Origin: Dehalococcoidia bacterium
GTDB lineage: Bacteria > Chloroflexota > Dehalococcoidia > Lucifugimonadales > UBA1127
NCBI GenBank assembly: GCA_965261405.1
Contig: CBDHDD010000002.1
Location: forward strand, 1,075,880-1,139,879
Direction of reading: 5' to 3'
Length of the DNA stretch: 64,000 nucleotides
Position numbers and translations under genes: made by a program. This document shows positions 39,172 to 46,502 of the stretch, in pieces. The notes under the pieces were generated by a model, which was not told the origin of the DNA, made no database searches, and saw only the letters and a program-made list of their open reading frames with translations. Positions within the stretch are counted from its first letter, which is position 1, and every line of letters starts with the position of its first letter.

Positions 39172-39939
39172 CTAGAGTTTCGCGTTTACGTTTTTTAGGA
39201 AGTCTTCTGCGCCTATGCGGAGGAGGGCCCAGGCGGAGATGGTTACGAAGTTGGCGCCCTGTTGGATGAATTCGGCTACGCCGGCGGTGTTGTTGGGGCT
39301 GTTGCCGCCTACGCCTACGTGCACCCCGCCGGCGCGGATGCGGGGGATGACCTCGCTCATGACGCGGCGGACCTCGGCGGCGCCGGGGTTGCCGAGGCTC
39401 TGGCCGAGGTCGGAGGGCGCGACGTGGAGGACGTCGGCGCCGGTGACCTGCAGGATATCGTCGAGGTTGTTGACGGCTTCGATGTCCTCGACCATGGGGA
39501 TGACGAGCAACTGGGAGTTGATCCAGGCCGTCGCCTCGCTCATGGAGACACCGATGCCGTAGTTGTGGGCGCGGCCACCGGCGACGCCGCGGTAGCCCTC
39601 GGGGGCGTAGCGGGCGGCGCGAGCGACGGCGGCGGCCTCTGCGCCGGTGTTGACGTGGGGCACGATGATGCCCTGGAGGCCACGGTCGAGGTAGCGGAGG
39701 ATGGTCTGCTCCGAGTGGTCGGGAATGCGGGCGATGGGGGTGATGCCGAAGGACTCGGCGGCGCGGACCATGTGCTCGACCTGGTCGAGGGTGGCTGGGC
39801 CGTGCTCGCAGTCGATCATGACGAAGTCGTAGCCGAGGGCGCCGAGGATCTCGACCATGTCGGGAGCGTAGCGGGTGACGATGCCGCCGAAGACGACGTT
39901 GCCTTCGTTGAGCTTGGCTTTGGTGGTGTTGGTGCGCAT
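39172..39939 (-). CDS. HpcH/HpaI-family aldolase (2-keto-3-deoxy-acid aldolase-like)
   Basis: 255 aa from MRTNTTKAKL. DFVMIDCEHGP motif and an RIPD segment typical of the family. Confidence 0.85.
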   Translation of the reverse strand: MRTNTTKAKLNEGNVVFGGIVTRYAPDMVEILGALGYDFVMIDCEHGPATLDQVEHMVRAAESFGITPIARIPDHSEQTILRYLDRGLQGIIVPHVNTGAEAAAVARAARYAPEGYRGVAGGRAHNYGIGVSMSEATAWINSQLLVIPMVEDIEAVNNLDDILQVTGADVLHVAPSDLGQSLGNPGAAEVRRVMSEVIPRIRAGGVHVGVGGNSPNNTAGVAEFIQQGANFVTISAWALLRIGAEDFLKNVNAKL

Positions 39940-40041
39940 GGTGGTGTCTCCTTTGTGTTGTGTGGTGTCCGGGATTGTTGTCGCGGGTGGCCGGTTAGTT
40001 AAGATTCCCGTCGTCTGGCAGGGGGCCTGCCAAAGGCAGGC

Positions 40042-40061
40042 GGGCGATTCGCGAATCGCCC
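40042..40061. repeat. perfect 20-nt palindrome (REP-like type D)
   Basis: GGGCGATTCGCGAATCGCCC. A half-copy GGGCGATTCGCG occurs at 40124-40135. Confidence 0.6.
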
Positions 40062-40151
40062 CTACACACGTTCCTCCGCTGCCCCTCATGCCGAACGGAC
40101 GCGCCCCGCCTTTACGGTACGTTGGGCGATTCGCGCATCATCCTTTCGAGT

Positions 40152-40202
40152 ACCCCCTCATCCCCACACCTCTGGATTCCTGCCTCCGCAGGAATGACGC
40201 GA
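40152..40202. repeat. REP-like type A unit
   Basis: ACCCCCTCATCCCCACACCTCTGGATTCCTGCCTCCGCAGGAATGACGCG. Hairpin ATTCCTGC / GCAGGAAT at 40176-40195. Confidence 0.75.
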
Positions 40203-40204
40203 CC

Positions 40205-40258
40205 TTAGACAGGCTTGCCCCAGCCGCCGCCGGGGGTGCGGATACTTAGGACGCCGGC
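40205..40258 (-). pseudogene. relic of a hydantoinase-B (hyuB-like) 3' end
   Basis: Minus-strand reading AAGVLSIRTPGGGWGKPV-stop. It aligns at nucleotide level with the real hyuB 3' end at 43327-43385 (DVLSIRTPGGGGWGQPAS-stop). No upstream coding part. Confidence 0.6.
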
Positions 40259-40270
40259 GGCAATCGTGTA

Positions 40271-41941
40271 CTACAAGGAGCCGTCTATGATCACGTCCAA
40301 AAGGGCCGGTCTGCCGGAGGCGACGGCGCGGTCGATGGCGGGCTTGATCTGGGAGGGCTCAGTGATGCGCTCGCCGTGGACGCCCATGCTGTTGGCGATA
40401 GATGCCATGTCGAAGGGGGCGGCGAAATCGGAGTAGGGCAACCGTCCCCCTGAGGTCTCCGGCAAGCCGAGGATCTCGCCCTGGTAGACGTTGAAGTTGA
40501 CCTTGAGGACGCGGTACATGCCGTTGTTGAGGATGACGAAGACGCAGGGGATGTTGTCGTTGGCGGCGGTCCAGAGCCCCTGAACCGTCATCATGGCACT
40601 GCCGTCGCCGATGATGCCGAAGACGGGGCGGCCGGGGTAGGCGACCTGGGCGCCCATGGTCGCGCCGATGCCGCCGCCGATGGACTGCCCGCGGACAGCG
40701 CGGATGTCGCCGCGACGGGCGGCGTGGAAGTAGTGTCGCAGGGGGCCGCGGTTGCTGATGGCGTCGTCGACGACGACGGCGTCGCGGGGGAGGGCGGCGG
40801 CAAGCTCGGACATCATGCGGGCCGGGCTCATGGGACGGTGGTCCCACCGCTCGGCGACGGACTCCTCGAAGGCCGCGCGGTTGCTGCGGGCCTCAGCGAC
40901 GACGGCGCGGCGGCGTTGCTCGATGGCGGGCAGGCCGGCGGGAGACAACCGCTCCTTCACGAGCGCGGTCAACTCGGCGAGGGCGAGACCGCAGTGGGCG
41001 ACGATGCCAACGCCGGTGGGCTCGGAGCGGCCGATGCGTCCGGGGACGGGGTCGATGTGCACGAGGCTGGCTTCGGGGGGCAGGATGACGTCGCCCCAGT
41101 AGAAGAGCTCCTCGAAGGGGTCGGCGCCCACGGCCAGGACGAGGTCAGCGGACTGCACGGCAGCGCGCGAGGCGGCGACGCGCAGGGAGAGGTTGCCGAG
41201 GAACTGGGGATGGGCGGTGGGGAATGCCACCTCTGCGCCCCGGGCCTGGTAGACCGGAAGGCCCATGAGCTCCGCCAACTCCACCGCCTGTGCGTTGCCG
41301 TCATCGTCGGAGAGGCGGTCGCCCACCAACATGATGGGGCGGGCGGCGTCGAGCAGCAGGGAGGCGGCGCGAGCGATGCCCTCCGCGCTGGGGCGCGTGG
41401 CGTCGAAGGCGGGCCGGGAGGGCACGATGTTCATCTCGGCGATGCCCTCGAGGGCGTTGGAGGCGAGTCCGACGTAGACGGGCCCCTTCGGATGACTGTT
41501 GGCCTCGTTGAAGGCGCGGCGGAGAGCGCTGGGAACCTGGCCGGGGTGGGAGAGCTCGACGGCCCACTTGGTGACCGGCCGGACGAGCTGGGCCAAATCG
41601 GTCATGGACTCATTCACCTTGCGGACATCGTAGTTGGCGGAGGTGACGACCATGGGTGTGCCGGTGTTGAGGGCGTCGAGCATGAGGGCGATGCCGTTGG
41701 CGAGCCCGCTGTCGACGTGGAGGCTGACGAAGGAGGCGCGACCGGTAGCACGGGCGTAGGACTCGGCCATGCCCATGGCGACGCTTTCCTGGAGGGTCAG
41801 GAAGTAGCGAATCTCCGGGTAGTCGCCAAGCAGGTCGATGATGGGCGCCTCGCTGGTGCCAGGGTTGCCAAAGATGTACTCGACACCCTCGGCCTTGAGC
41901 ATTTCAAGCAGCGCCTGCTTGCCGGTCATCGATTCAGCCAT
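40271..41941 (-). CDS. thiamine-diphosphate-dependent enzyme, acetolactate synthase / benzoylformate decarboxylase-like
   Basis: 556 aa with three-domain TPP-enzyme architecture. GDGSAMMTVQGLWTAANDNIP TPP-binding motif. Confidence 0.85.
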   Translation of the reverse strand: MAESMTGKQALLEMLKAEGVEYIFGNPGTSEAPIIDLLGDYPEIRYFLTLQESVAMGMAESYARATGRASFVSLHVDSGLANGIALMLDALNTGTPMVVTSANYDVRKVNESMTDLAQLVRPVTKWAVELSHPGQVPSALRRAFNEANSHPKGPVYVGLASNALEGIAEMNIVPSRPAFDATRPSAEGIARAASLLLDAARPIMLVGDRLSDDDGNAQAVELAELMGLPVYQARGAEVAFPTAHPQFLGNLSLRVAASRAAVQSADLVLAVGADPFEELFYWGDVILPPEASLVHIDPVPGRIGRSEPTGVGIVAHCGLALAELTALVKERLSPAGLPAIEQRRRAVVAEARSNRAAFEESVAERWDHRPMSPARMMSELAAALPRDAVVVDDAISNRGPLRHYFHAARRGDIRAVRGQSIGGGIGATMGAQVAYPGRPVFGIIGDGSAMMTVQGLWTAANDNIPCVFVILNNGMYRVLKVNFNVYQGEILGLPETSGGRLPYSDFAAPFDMASIANSMGVHGERITEPSQIKPAIDRAVASGRPALLDVIIDGSL

Positions 41942-41986
41942 GGAGGCCTCCAGTGGTGTTCTGCCCGGAAGGACGCGGGGCGGGCA

Positions 41987-42048
41987 GCCGGAATGCGGGA
42001 ATGCCGGAATGCCGGAATGCCGGAATGCCGGAATGCCGGAATGCCGGA
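41987..42048. repeat. octanucleotide microsatellite (CCGGAATG)n, about 7.75 units
   Basis: Seven full units (one with a C-to-G variant) plus a partial unit, beginning 46 nt upstream of the ATG of the TPP-enzyme gene. Confidence 0.9.
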
Positions 42049-42083
42049 TAATTCTACACCAAGCGAGGGGCGGGGGGTTGGGG

Positions 42084-42157
42084 GTCGACAGGCTCGTGCG
42101 AACGTTTGGGACGCTCCCCCATCCTATCCCTTCCCCCCTGAGGGGGGAAGGGATAGG
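42084..42157. repeat. REP-like type B variant + type C hairpin (16-bp perfect stem)
   Basis: GTCGACAGGCTCGTGCGAACG, then CCTATCCCTTCCCCCC-TGA-GGGGGGAAGGGATAGG (42123-42157). Lies about 80 nt downstream of the island gene stop, so it could terminate it. Confidence 0.7.
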
Positions 42158-42235
42158 GGCCTATATACGTGTGTAAGCCCCCTAGGAAGGGCAATCTAAG
42201 GGCAGTTAAACGTCATACCCAAGATGTACTAGACT

Positions 42236-43120
42236 CTAGCGACTCCACGGATCTGGAGGTATAAAAGGTTGTCGCAATACCCGCTTATGCTCCTCATATG
42301 CCTCCTTTACCTCCGCCTTATGTGGCGGTAACTTTAGCAACTCACACCTTCGCCGATGATCTTGGCACTCAGAGTGCATAGCACACTCCCAATCCAGACT
42401 CATATCATCACTATGCCTATCTTGAATGACCGGTGCATTCATCAAATTTGGGTAGGGATCCCCCGCATGAACTTTCAAGGCAAATGGGAAAATAGACTCG
42501 TCAACCGGAATAGTCGCGTGAGGATTCACCCATAAAATGGCCCGCCGGTGCTGCCATTCTAAGACGGCGGAAAGTGACGAACCGGAAAACGCTGGAGCAG
42601 TTGGACCATATTTCTCTACAATGAGACTCTTTGTTCCACTCTTGACAACCTCTTTAGAAGACTTGGAAACAATCACATAGAATGACGAATCTCCATAGAG
42701 AACATCTGCAGCCTCATGCCACTCCTCCGACTGATTGCACAATGCAATCACGTAAGCTAAGCCGTCCCTCTCACATAGAGACCCATACGTCACGACCTTG
42801 ACTGATACAACCTCATAGAGTCGCTTTCCAGACTCTTCTACTGAACCTCCATGCCCATATCCGCCAGTCGTATTCATGAGGTTCTGAAATTCCACCTTTA
42901 ACTGAAGCAACGCACACTCAACAATGGTCGAGTCACCAACCTTCAGGTCAGGCGTCTTACCCCAAAGCCTTGGATGATGATCTACTTCAATCCCATGATT
43001 CCTGAATCGTGAAGCCAAAGAATGTTCCCAACACAAAGCGAGAGGATTTGCACCCTCTTCCATTGACATCCCATATAGCCGTGAACACCGAGGAAGATAA
43101 TGATATGGCACCCTCGCCAT
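42236..43120 (-). CDS. hypothetical protein, low-GC orphan
   Basis: 294 aa from ATG 43120 behind GGGAGGG. Composition near half G+C. No domain recognised. Confidence 0.55.
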   Translation of the reverse strand: MARVPYHYLPRCSRLYGMSMEEGANPLALCWEHSLASRFRNHGIEVDHHPRLWGKTPDLKVGDSTIVECALLQLKVEFQNLMNTTGGYGHGGSVEESGKRLYEVVSVKVVTYGSLCERDGLAYVIALCNQSEEWHEAADVLYGDSSFYVIVSKSSKEVVKSGTKSLIVEKYGPTAPAFSGSSLSAVLEWQHRRAILWVNPHATIPVDESIFPFALKVHAGDPYPNLMNAPVIQDRHSDDMSLDWECAMHSECQDHRRRCELLKLPPHKAEVKEAYEEHKRVLRQPFIPPDPWSR

Positions 43121-43195
43121 TACTTCCCTCCCTTCTGATTCTCGCATCACTCTAGATACTCCTCTAGGTTACACAGATATATGAGCCCCAAGGGA

Positions 43196-43324
43196 TACCC
43201 CACACCCCGCACCTCTGGATTCCTGCCTTCGCAGGAATGACGCGGGTGGGGAGGCGCCCTTCGACAGGTTCACGGCGAACGGGGGGAGGCTCCCCCATCC
43301 TAACCTTCCCCCCGAGGGGGAAGG
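43196..43324. repeat. REP-like array, types A + B + C
   Basis: Hairpin ATTCCTGC/GCAGGAAT (43219-43238), GCGCCCTTCGACAGGTTCACGGCGAACGGGGGG (43254-43286), and hairpin CCTTCCCCC/GGGGGAAGG (43304-43324) ending 3 nt from the hyuB stop. Confidence 0.75.
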
Positions 43325-43326
43325 GA

Positions 43327-44991
43327 CTACGAGGCGGGCTGGCCCCAGCCGCCACCGCCGGGGGTGCGGATGCTTAGGACGTCGCCGGGGGCTACGTCGA
43401 GGGTGACCTTGGGTGGGAGGTGGACCTCCTCTACGCCGTGCTTGAGGAGGACGGTCTCGCCGGGGGTGGCGTCGGCGCCGCCCTGGAGGCCGTAGGGGGC
43501 GGAGCGACGGCGGTCGGCGAGGACGGTGACGACGGCGGGGGCGAGGAACTCGGTGTCGCGGACGACGCCGTCGCCGCCGGTGTAGCGGCCATCGCCGCCG
43601 GAGCCGCGGCGGACGCGGTAGCTGCGGACGCGCATGGGGTGGTAGAGCTCGAGGGCCTCGATGGGTGTGTTCATGGTGTTGGTCATATGGGTGTGGACGG
43701 CGGAAAGGCCATCGGCGCCGGGGCGGGCGCCCATGCCGCCCGCGATGGTCTCGTAGTAGGCGAATCCCCTGTTCGCGCCGTCCTCATGCCCGCCGACGAG
43801 GACGTTGTTCATGGTGCCCTGGCTGGCGGCGGGAATCACGTCCGGGAGGGCCTTTGCGAGGGCGCCGAGGAGGACGTCGGTGATGCGCTGGGAGGTCTCG
43901 ACGTTGCCGGCGGCGACGGCGGCGGGCGGTCGCGGGTTCACCAAGCTGCCCTCGGGGGCGACGACGGTGACGGGACGCAGGATGCCCTGGTTGGCGGGCG
44001 CGGCCTCGCCGACGACGCAGCGGAGGACGTAGAGGGCGGCGGACAGCGTGACGGCAAGGGGCGCGTTGATGCAGCCGCGTCGCTGGGCCGCCGTCTCGGA
44101 GAAGTCGAGGGTCATGGCGTCGCCGCGGACGGAGACGGTGACGGCGATGGGGACCGGCTCGTCGGTGAGGCCGTCGTCGTCCATGACGTCGCTGAAGGAG
44201 TAGTCGCCGTCGGGCAGGGCGCTGATGGCGGCGCGGGTGAGGCGCTCGGAGTAGTCGAGGAGGGCGGCCTCGTGCTCGTAGACGACGGACCAGCCGTAGC
44301 GGTCGACCATCTCCTGGAGGCGGCGCTCGCCGGTGCGACAAGCGGCGATCTGGGCGGCAAGGTCGCCGCGGCGCTCGTCGGGCGTGCGGGAGTTGCGGCA
44401 GAAGAGGGCGACGACCTCCTGGTTGACGTCGCCGGCGCGGACGAGCTTCAGCGGCGGGATGATGAAGCCCTCCTGGAAGAGCTCGGTCGAGCGGGGGAGG
44501 GAGCCGGGGGTCATGCCGCCGATGTCGGCGTGGTGTGCGCGGTTGGCGACGAAGCCGACGAGGGCCTCGCGGCGGGGGGCGTTTGTCCTTCGATTTGTGG
44601 CACGGGGAGGCCCTTCGACAGGCTCAGGGCGAACGTTCATCCTTCGATTTCCCTCAGGACGAACGGGGGCGAAGACGGGGGCGACGAGGGTGACGTCGTT
44701 GAGGTGGGTGCCGCCGAGGTAGGGGTCGTTGAGGGCGATGATGTCGCCGGGGTCGAACTGGAAGCCCTCGAGGGCGGCGGCGACGGAAGCGGGCATGGCG
44801 CCGAGGTGGATGGGGATGTGGGAGGCCTGCGCGACCATGTGGCCGTTTGGGTCAAAGAGGGCGCAGGAGTAGTCCTTGCGCTCCTTGATGTTCGGGGAGA
44901 AGCCGGTGCGGCCGAGGGCGACGCCCATCTCCTCGGCGACGGAGGCGAGGAGGTTCTTGAAGACCTCAAGGGATACGGCGTCTACGGGCAT
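43327..44991 (-). CDS. hyuB: hydantoinase B / oxoprolinase family protein, carrying an in-frame REP-derived insertion
   Basis: 554 aa from MPVDAVSLEVF. DPYLGGTHLND, NRAHHADIGG and RTPGGGGWG motifs. No hyuA partner adjacent. Confidence 0.85.
   Translation of the reverse strand: MPVDAVSLEVFKNLLASVAEEMGVALGRTGFSPNIKERKDYSCALFDPNGHMVAQASHIPIHLGAMPASVAAALEGFQFDPGDIIALNDPYLGGTHLNDVTLVAPVFAPVRPEGNRRMNVRPEPVEGPPRATNRRTNAPRREALVGFVANRAHHADIGGMTPGSLPRSTELFQEGFIIPPLKLVRAGDVNQEVVALFCRNSRTPDERRGDLAAQIAACRTGERRLQEMVDRYGWSVVYEHEAALLDYSERLTRAAISALPDGDYSFSDVMDDDGLTDEPVPIAVTVSVRGDAMTLDFSETAAQRRGCINAPLAVTLSAALYVLRCVVGEAAPANQGILRPVTVVAPEGSLVNPRPPAAVAAGNVETSQRITDVLLGALAKALPDVIPAASQGTMNNVLVGGHEDGANRGFAYYETIAGGMGARPGADGLSAVHTHMTNTMNTPIEALELYHPMRVRSYRVRRGSGGDGRYTGGDGVVRDTEFLAPAVVTVLADRRRSAPYGLQGGADATPGETVLLKHGVEEVHLPPKVTLDVAPGDVLSIRTPGGGGWGQPAS
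44584..44669. repeat. two REP-like type B units embedded in-frame in hyuB
   Basis: GGCCCTTCGACAGGCTCAGGGCGAACG (44609-44635) matches the intergenic copies at 39103-39132, 36438-36465 and 45059-45087 over this 27-nt core. A second, degenerate unit lies at 44641-44669. Translated as [26 protein letters not shown]. Confidence 0.8.
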
Positions 44992-45058
44992 TTTTCGCTT
45001 GCTCCAGGTGCGTTGCGTCTCGGATCTGTTGGGTGATTGTAGCACGCCGAGTGTGGAC

Positions 45059-45087
45059 GCCCTTCGACAGGCTCAGGGCGAACGGGG
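45059..45087. repeat. REP-like type B unit
   Basis: GCCCTTCGACAGGCTCAGGGCGAACGGGG, about 70 nt upstream of the hyuB start. Confidence 0.75.
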
Positions 45088-45500
45088 CAGGTCATTGTCG
45101 CAGAGCTAACGTGGCCTGGCCGCTTTGTCCGAATCGATATCCGAGCAGCCTCCGCGGTTGCACGCAACTACCCGGAGCACATGGGAACAGCATCGCTGCC
45201 ACAGATGGACCCCTTCGCTCAAGACTTGATTGGCACAACCATAGCGGCAGGAAGATGGAAAGTCGCCGACGTTCACGTGGCGCGTTCAAGGCAATTACCT
45301 GCGCGGAGGGCGGTTTCGACTCCGTCTACGTGGTGTCCCTCGCATGCTGGTGCAATGGTACCTGGCTAGGGTGGACGTGCGCTTGACTCATTAGAGATGG
45401 GATTCTACTCTTTAATGCGGTGCATCCGAACGTGGTCCTGCGGTCCGGTGCAACCATTATTTGGACGTGCAATCAGCACGGATGAGCATCGGAGGCAGCC

Positions 45501-46475
45501 ATGACGGAGTTCACTCTCGACGTGCATCTTGACGGGCGCGGGGTCCTCGACACCATCGGAGAGGATGTCCGCCGAGGCCTCACTGCGCCCCAGAAATACC
45601 TATTCCCCAAGTACCTTTACGATGCTACCGGTTCCCTCATCTTCGAGCAGATTACGGAGCTGCCGGAGTACTACCCCACCCGTACCGAGCTCGCCATCCT
45701 CTGTGCGCAGGGGGCGGATATACTCCATCGCGCCGCGCCCCACGAGCTGCTGGAGCTGGGCTCCGGTGCATCCACCAAGGTCCGCACCTTACTGGACGCC
45801 CGCCCAAACGTGGACACCCCCGGGCGATACGTGGCCTTCGACGTGAGCGAGTCCATCGTTCGGTCCGCGGGCGACGAATTGCTGGAACGCTACCGCGGCC
45901 TGGAGCTGCACGGCGTCATCGGCGACTTCGAACGGCACCTGGGTATGGTCCCGCCAGCGATTGGTCGACGGCTCGTGCTATTCCTGGGCAGCACCCTGGG
46001 CAACCTTGAGCAGTCGGAGCAGTGCGCCATGCTGGCGGAGATTCAAATGCTGTTGGTCCCCGGAGACTCCCTGCTGCTGGGGGTTGACCTGGTGAAGGAC
46101 GTGTCGGTGCTGGAGGCCGCCTACAACGACGCTGCCGGCGTCACCGCCGCCTTCAGCCGCAACATCCTGAGCGTAATCAACAACGCCCTCCATGCGGACT
46201 TTGACCAAGAGGACTTTCGCCATGGCGCCCACTACAACCCGGACGCCGCTCGCATCGAAATACGCCTTCATGCCAAGCGCGCGAACTCCGTCCGCATTGC
46301 AGACCTCGACCTGACCGTGGACTTCGCGGAGGGCGAGTCCATTTGGACGGAAAACTCCCACAAGTTCACCCGGGAACTCGCCGCTAGGCTCCTGGAATCG
46401 TCGGGCATGGCGATTGAGGCGTGGTACACGGATGAACAGGAGTACTTTGGCCTCGCCCTGGCGTCGGCGTCCTAG
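45501..46475 (+). CDS. egtD: L-histidine N(alpha)-methyltransferase (ergothioneine biosynthesis)
   Basis: 324 aa. PKYLYD..GS.LFE.IT.LPEYYPTR signature of EgtD. Directly upstream of egtB. Confidence 0.85.
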   Translation: MTEFTLDVHLDGRGVLDTIGEDVRRGLTAPQKYLFPKYLYDATGSLIFEQITELPEYYPTRTELAILCAQGADILHRAAPHELLELGSGASTKVRTLLDARPNVDTPGRYVAFDVSESIVRSAGDELLERYRGLELHGVIGDFERHLGMVPPAIGRRLVLFLGSTLGNLEQSEQCAMLAEIQMLLVPGDSLLLGVDLVKDVSVLEAAYNDAAGVTAAFSRNILSVINNALHADFDQEDFRHGAHYNPDAARIEIRLHAKRANSVRIADLDLTVDFAEGESIWTENSHKFTRELAARLLESSGMAIEAWYTDEQEYFGLALASAS

Positions 46476-46502
46476 CGCACTACGCGCTGGGCCCAAGGAG
46501 GA

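Noticed and set aside
45265-45335. tRNA- or tmRNA-like fragment (GGCGGTTTCGACTCCGTC resembles a T arm).
   Set aside because: It cannot be folded into a cloverleaf. The candidate acceptor halves are direct rather than complementary, the putative anticodon loop is 15 nt, and the T loop has an extra base.
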